Source: Candidatus Omnitrophota bacterium
GTDB taxonomy: Bacteria > Verrucomicrobiota > Kiritimatiellia > SS1-B-03-39 > UBA6053
Assembly: GCA_047639095.1 (NCBI GenBank)
Contig: JBLIND010000010.1
Location: 1-38,348 of the forward strand
Length of the DNA stretch: 38,348 nt
Reading direction: 5' to 3'
The position numbers and the translations under genes were made by a program. Positions 37,003 to 38,348 of the stretch are shown one piece after another; within the stretch, counting starts at the first letter, position 1; each line of letters opens with the position of its first letter. Under the pieces are notes generated by a model, which saw only the letters and a list, made by a program, of their open reading frames with translations, made no database searches and had not been told where the DNA came from.

Positions 37003-37809
37003 TTAGATCACTTCGTTATGGACCACGCCGATGTTTCCGGAAACCGCACCGGTTTCCAGGGCATTGGAAAGCTTGCCGATGTACTGGCCGAGAATGGACA
37101 TGGTTTCCGCAAAGTTGTTTTTGAAGAAGAAGTAGAACAGCATGGCCGGGATCGCGATGACCAGTCCGGTTGCGGTTGTCATCAAGGCTTCACCAATGTT
37201 TCCGGCAATGGCGTCGCCGCCGCCGGCCGCGCCGAGGGAGAGGTTCTGGAAGGCCTTGATCATACCGGATACCGTACCGAGCAGTCCGAGCATGGGCGAA
37301 ACCGCGCCAATGTTTGAGAGATAGTTAATGGCCTTGATGTAACGGGTCATCTGAGAGCGTCCGGCCTGCTCAAAACCTTGTTTGACGCTTTCCGGATTAA
37401 TCTCGTCCGTCACGATACGCTCGAGTCCACCATCGACCACCGCAGTGAGGATGCTGGGTTGTGATCGGCAGAGCTCCATACAGGACTGGATGTCTCCGGC
37501 GGCCATCAGCTGTTCAATCTGGGGGAGCAGATCGGGCCGGAGCAGTTTGTCACGGTTGAAGATCATAAAATTCCGAACCACCAGAGCCACTACCGCGACC
37601 GAGCATGCGGCTAGGGGAAACATGAACGGACCACCTGCGAGGATCATTTCGAGGAAGGTCTGGGTCTTGGGGCCAGCTGGTTGAGCAGGTGTCGCGGCCG
37701 GGGCCGTCACATTGGGCTCCTGGGCAAAGGTGTTGGCTATCGGGAGGATGGTGAACAGCATCATGCCCATGAGCAGCAGGACTGCCATCGTGTTTGACTT
37801 CAATTTCAT
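37003..37809 (-). CDS. exbB: MotA/TolQ/ExbB proton-channel protein
   Basis: 268 aa with an N-terminal signal/TM plus three TM segments. The C-terminal GNIGEALMTTATGLVIAIPAMLFYFFF is the ExbB/TolQ signature. Confidence 0.85.
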   Translation of the reverse strand: MKLKSNTMAVLLLMGMMLFTILPIANTFAQEPNVTAPAATPAQPAGPKTQTFLEMILAGGPFMFPLAACSVAVVALVVRNFMIFNRDKLLRPDLLPQIEQLMAAGDIQSCMELCRSQPSILTAVVDGGLERIVTDEINPESVKQGFEQAGRSQMTRYIKAINYLSNIGAVSPMLGLLGTVSGMIKAFQNLSLGAAGGGDAIAGNIGEALMTTATGLVIAIPAMLFYFFFKNNFAETMSILGQYIGKLSNALETGAVSGNIGVVHNEVI

Positions 37810-37863
37810 GACTTTCGTCTCCTGGGTTATCCGGAAAAGGTACCGCCTTTTAAACGGAAGGTG

Positions 37864-38348
37864 TTAATCAAGTAAAGTAGGGGTTTTGTGAATCTTGCCG
37901 GGATCTTTCGCCCGCTCGGCGGCTGCGGCGGCTTTCTCCGCTTCCAACTGAGCTTCATATGCGGTGTTACGCTTTTCAATTTTGGGCTTTGCGTCAAAGG
38001 CTTTCAGCGCCCATTGAGAATTCTGGGCCACGATATCGATTTCCTCGGTGATCTGGAGGGCCACCGGATAGTTCGTATTGCCATCGTAATACTCCATCGA
38101 GCGATAGAGGCCTGCTGGCATCCACTCAAAATCCTTGCTGCCGTAGGCGATCAGCTGGGCATTGTATTCGGCCGCCTGTTTCCAGTTGTTGGTCGAAAGA
38201 TGCATGGTAGTCATGGAATGCTGCCACATGGTCGCGAGCGGATCCTTGCGATGGATCGGCTCCATCTTGTCCAGCATCCGCACCGTAAGGTCGGCCTTGC
38301 CCATGGCCTGCAGGGAGAGGATCTTCATGAGCTCCGCTTCAACAAAAT
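37864..38348 (-). CDS. 3' part of a gene running off the window end (helical/TPR-like protein upstream of exbB)
   Basis: The frame is open to nt 38348 with no stop, so the gene starts beyond the window. The visible 160 aa are helical (AEYNAQLIAYG...YRSMEYYDGN...) with an Ala/Glu/Lys-rich tail. Confidence 0.35.
   Translation of the reverse strand, partial: FVEAELMKILSLQAMGKADLTVRMLDKMEPIHRKDPLATMWQHSMTTMHLSTNNWKQAAEYNAQLIAYGSKDFEWMPAGLYRSMEYYDGNTNYPVALQITEEIDIVAQNSQWALKAFDAKPKIEKRNTAYEAQLEAEKAAAAAERAKDPGKIHKTPTLLD

Overview
This is a high-GC (roughly 57-58% by eye), densely packed bacterial chromosomal segment. Its gene content fits a Planctomycetes/Verrucomicrobia/Lentisphaerae-type organism: three formylglycine-type sulfatases, a PQQ beta-propeller, a CAP-domain secretory protein, ECF sigma modules and a eukaryote-like SLC12 transporter and LRR protein. 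No rRNA, tRNA, CRISPR or obvious mobile element was seen. I call about 36 protein genes.

Three units stand out.
(1) A co-directional, tightly spaced membrane-stress cluster on the + strand at the 5' end: a PspA/IM30-like coiled-coil protein (truncated by the window edge), a YqiJ/NfeD-like membrane protein, a YqiK/FloT-like SPFH flotillin, a 1763-aa giant protein whose only recognisable module is a MoxR/McrB/dynein-like AAA+ ATPase near residue 1280, and a small TerB-like protein. The PspA-NfeD-flotillin trio is an established association. The giant AAA+ protein and TerB-like partner inserted in the same operon look like an uncharacterised membrane-remodelling or envelope-stress system, possibly a defence system.
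(2) A six-gene, translationally coupled (TAATG/ATGA overlaps) putative redox operon on the + strand: a DUF1622 membrane protein, a Rieske [2Fe-2S] domain fused to a glutamate-synthase-like FMN domain, two micro-membrane proteins, a ferric-reductase-like 6-TM dihaem module with a C-terminal Rieske domain, and a Cys-containing membrane-anchored protein.
(3) A minus-strand envelope-stress operon encoding an ECF sigma factor, an anti-sigma factor and an LTXXQ/Spy-like periplasmic protein, with an inverted repeat in its promoter.

Other observations: two of the three sulfatases carry non-canonical C-x-P-x-R maturation motifs (C-S-G-S-R and C-R-P-S-L). A PQQ-propeller gene looks decayed: an in-frame TGA replaces a conserved Trp, and its upstream parts are split over other frames. 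The LRR gene looks AT-richer than its surroundings. Housekeeping genes (ligA, folE, cutA, exbB-exbD-exbD) are clear.
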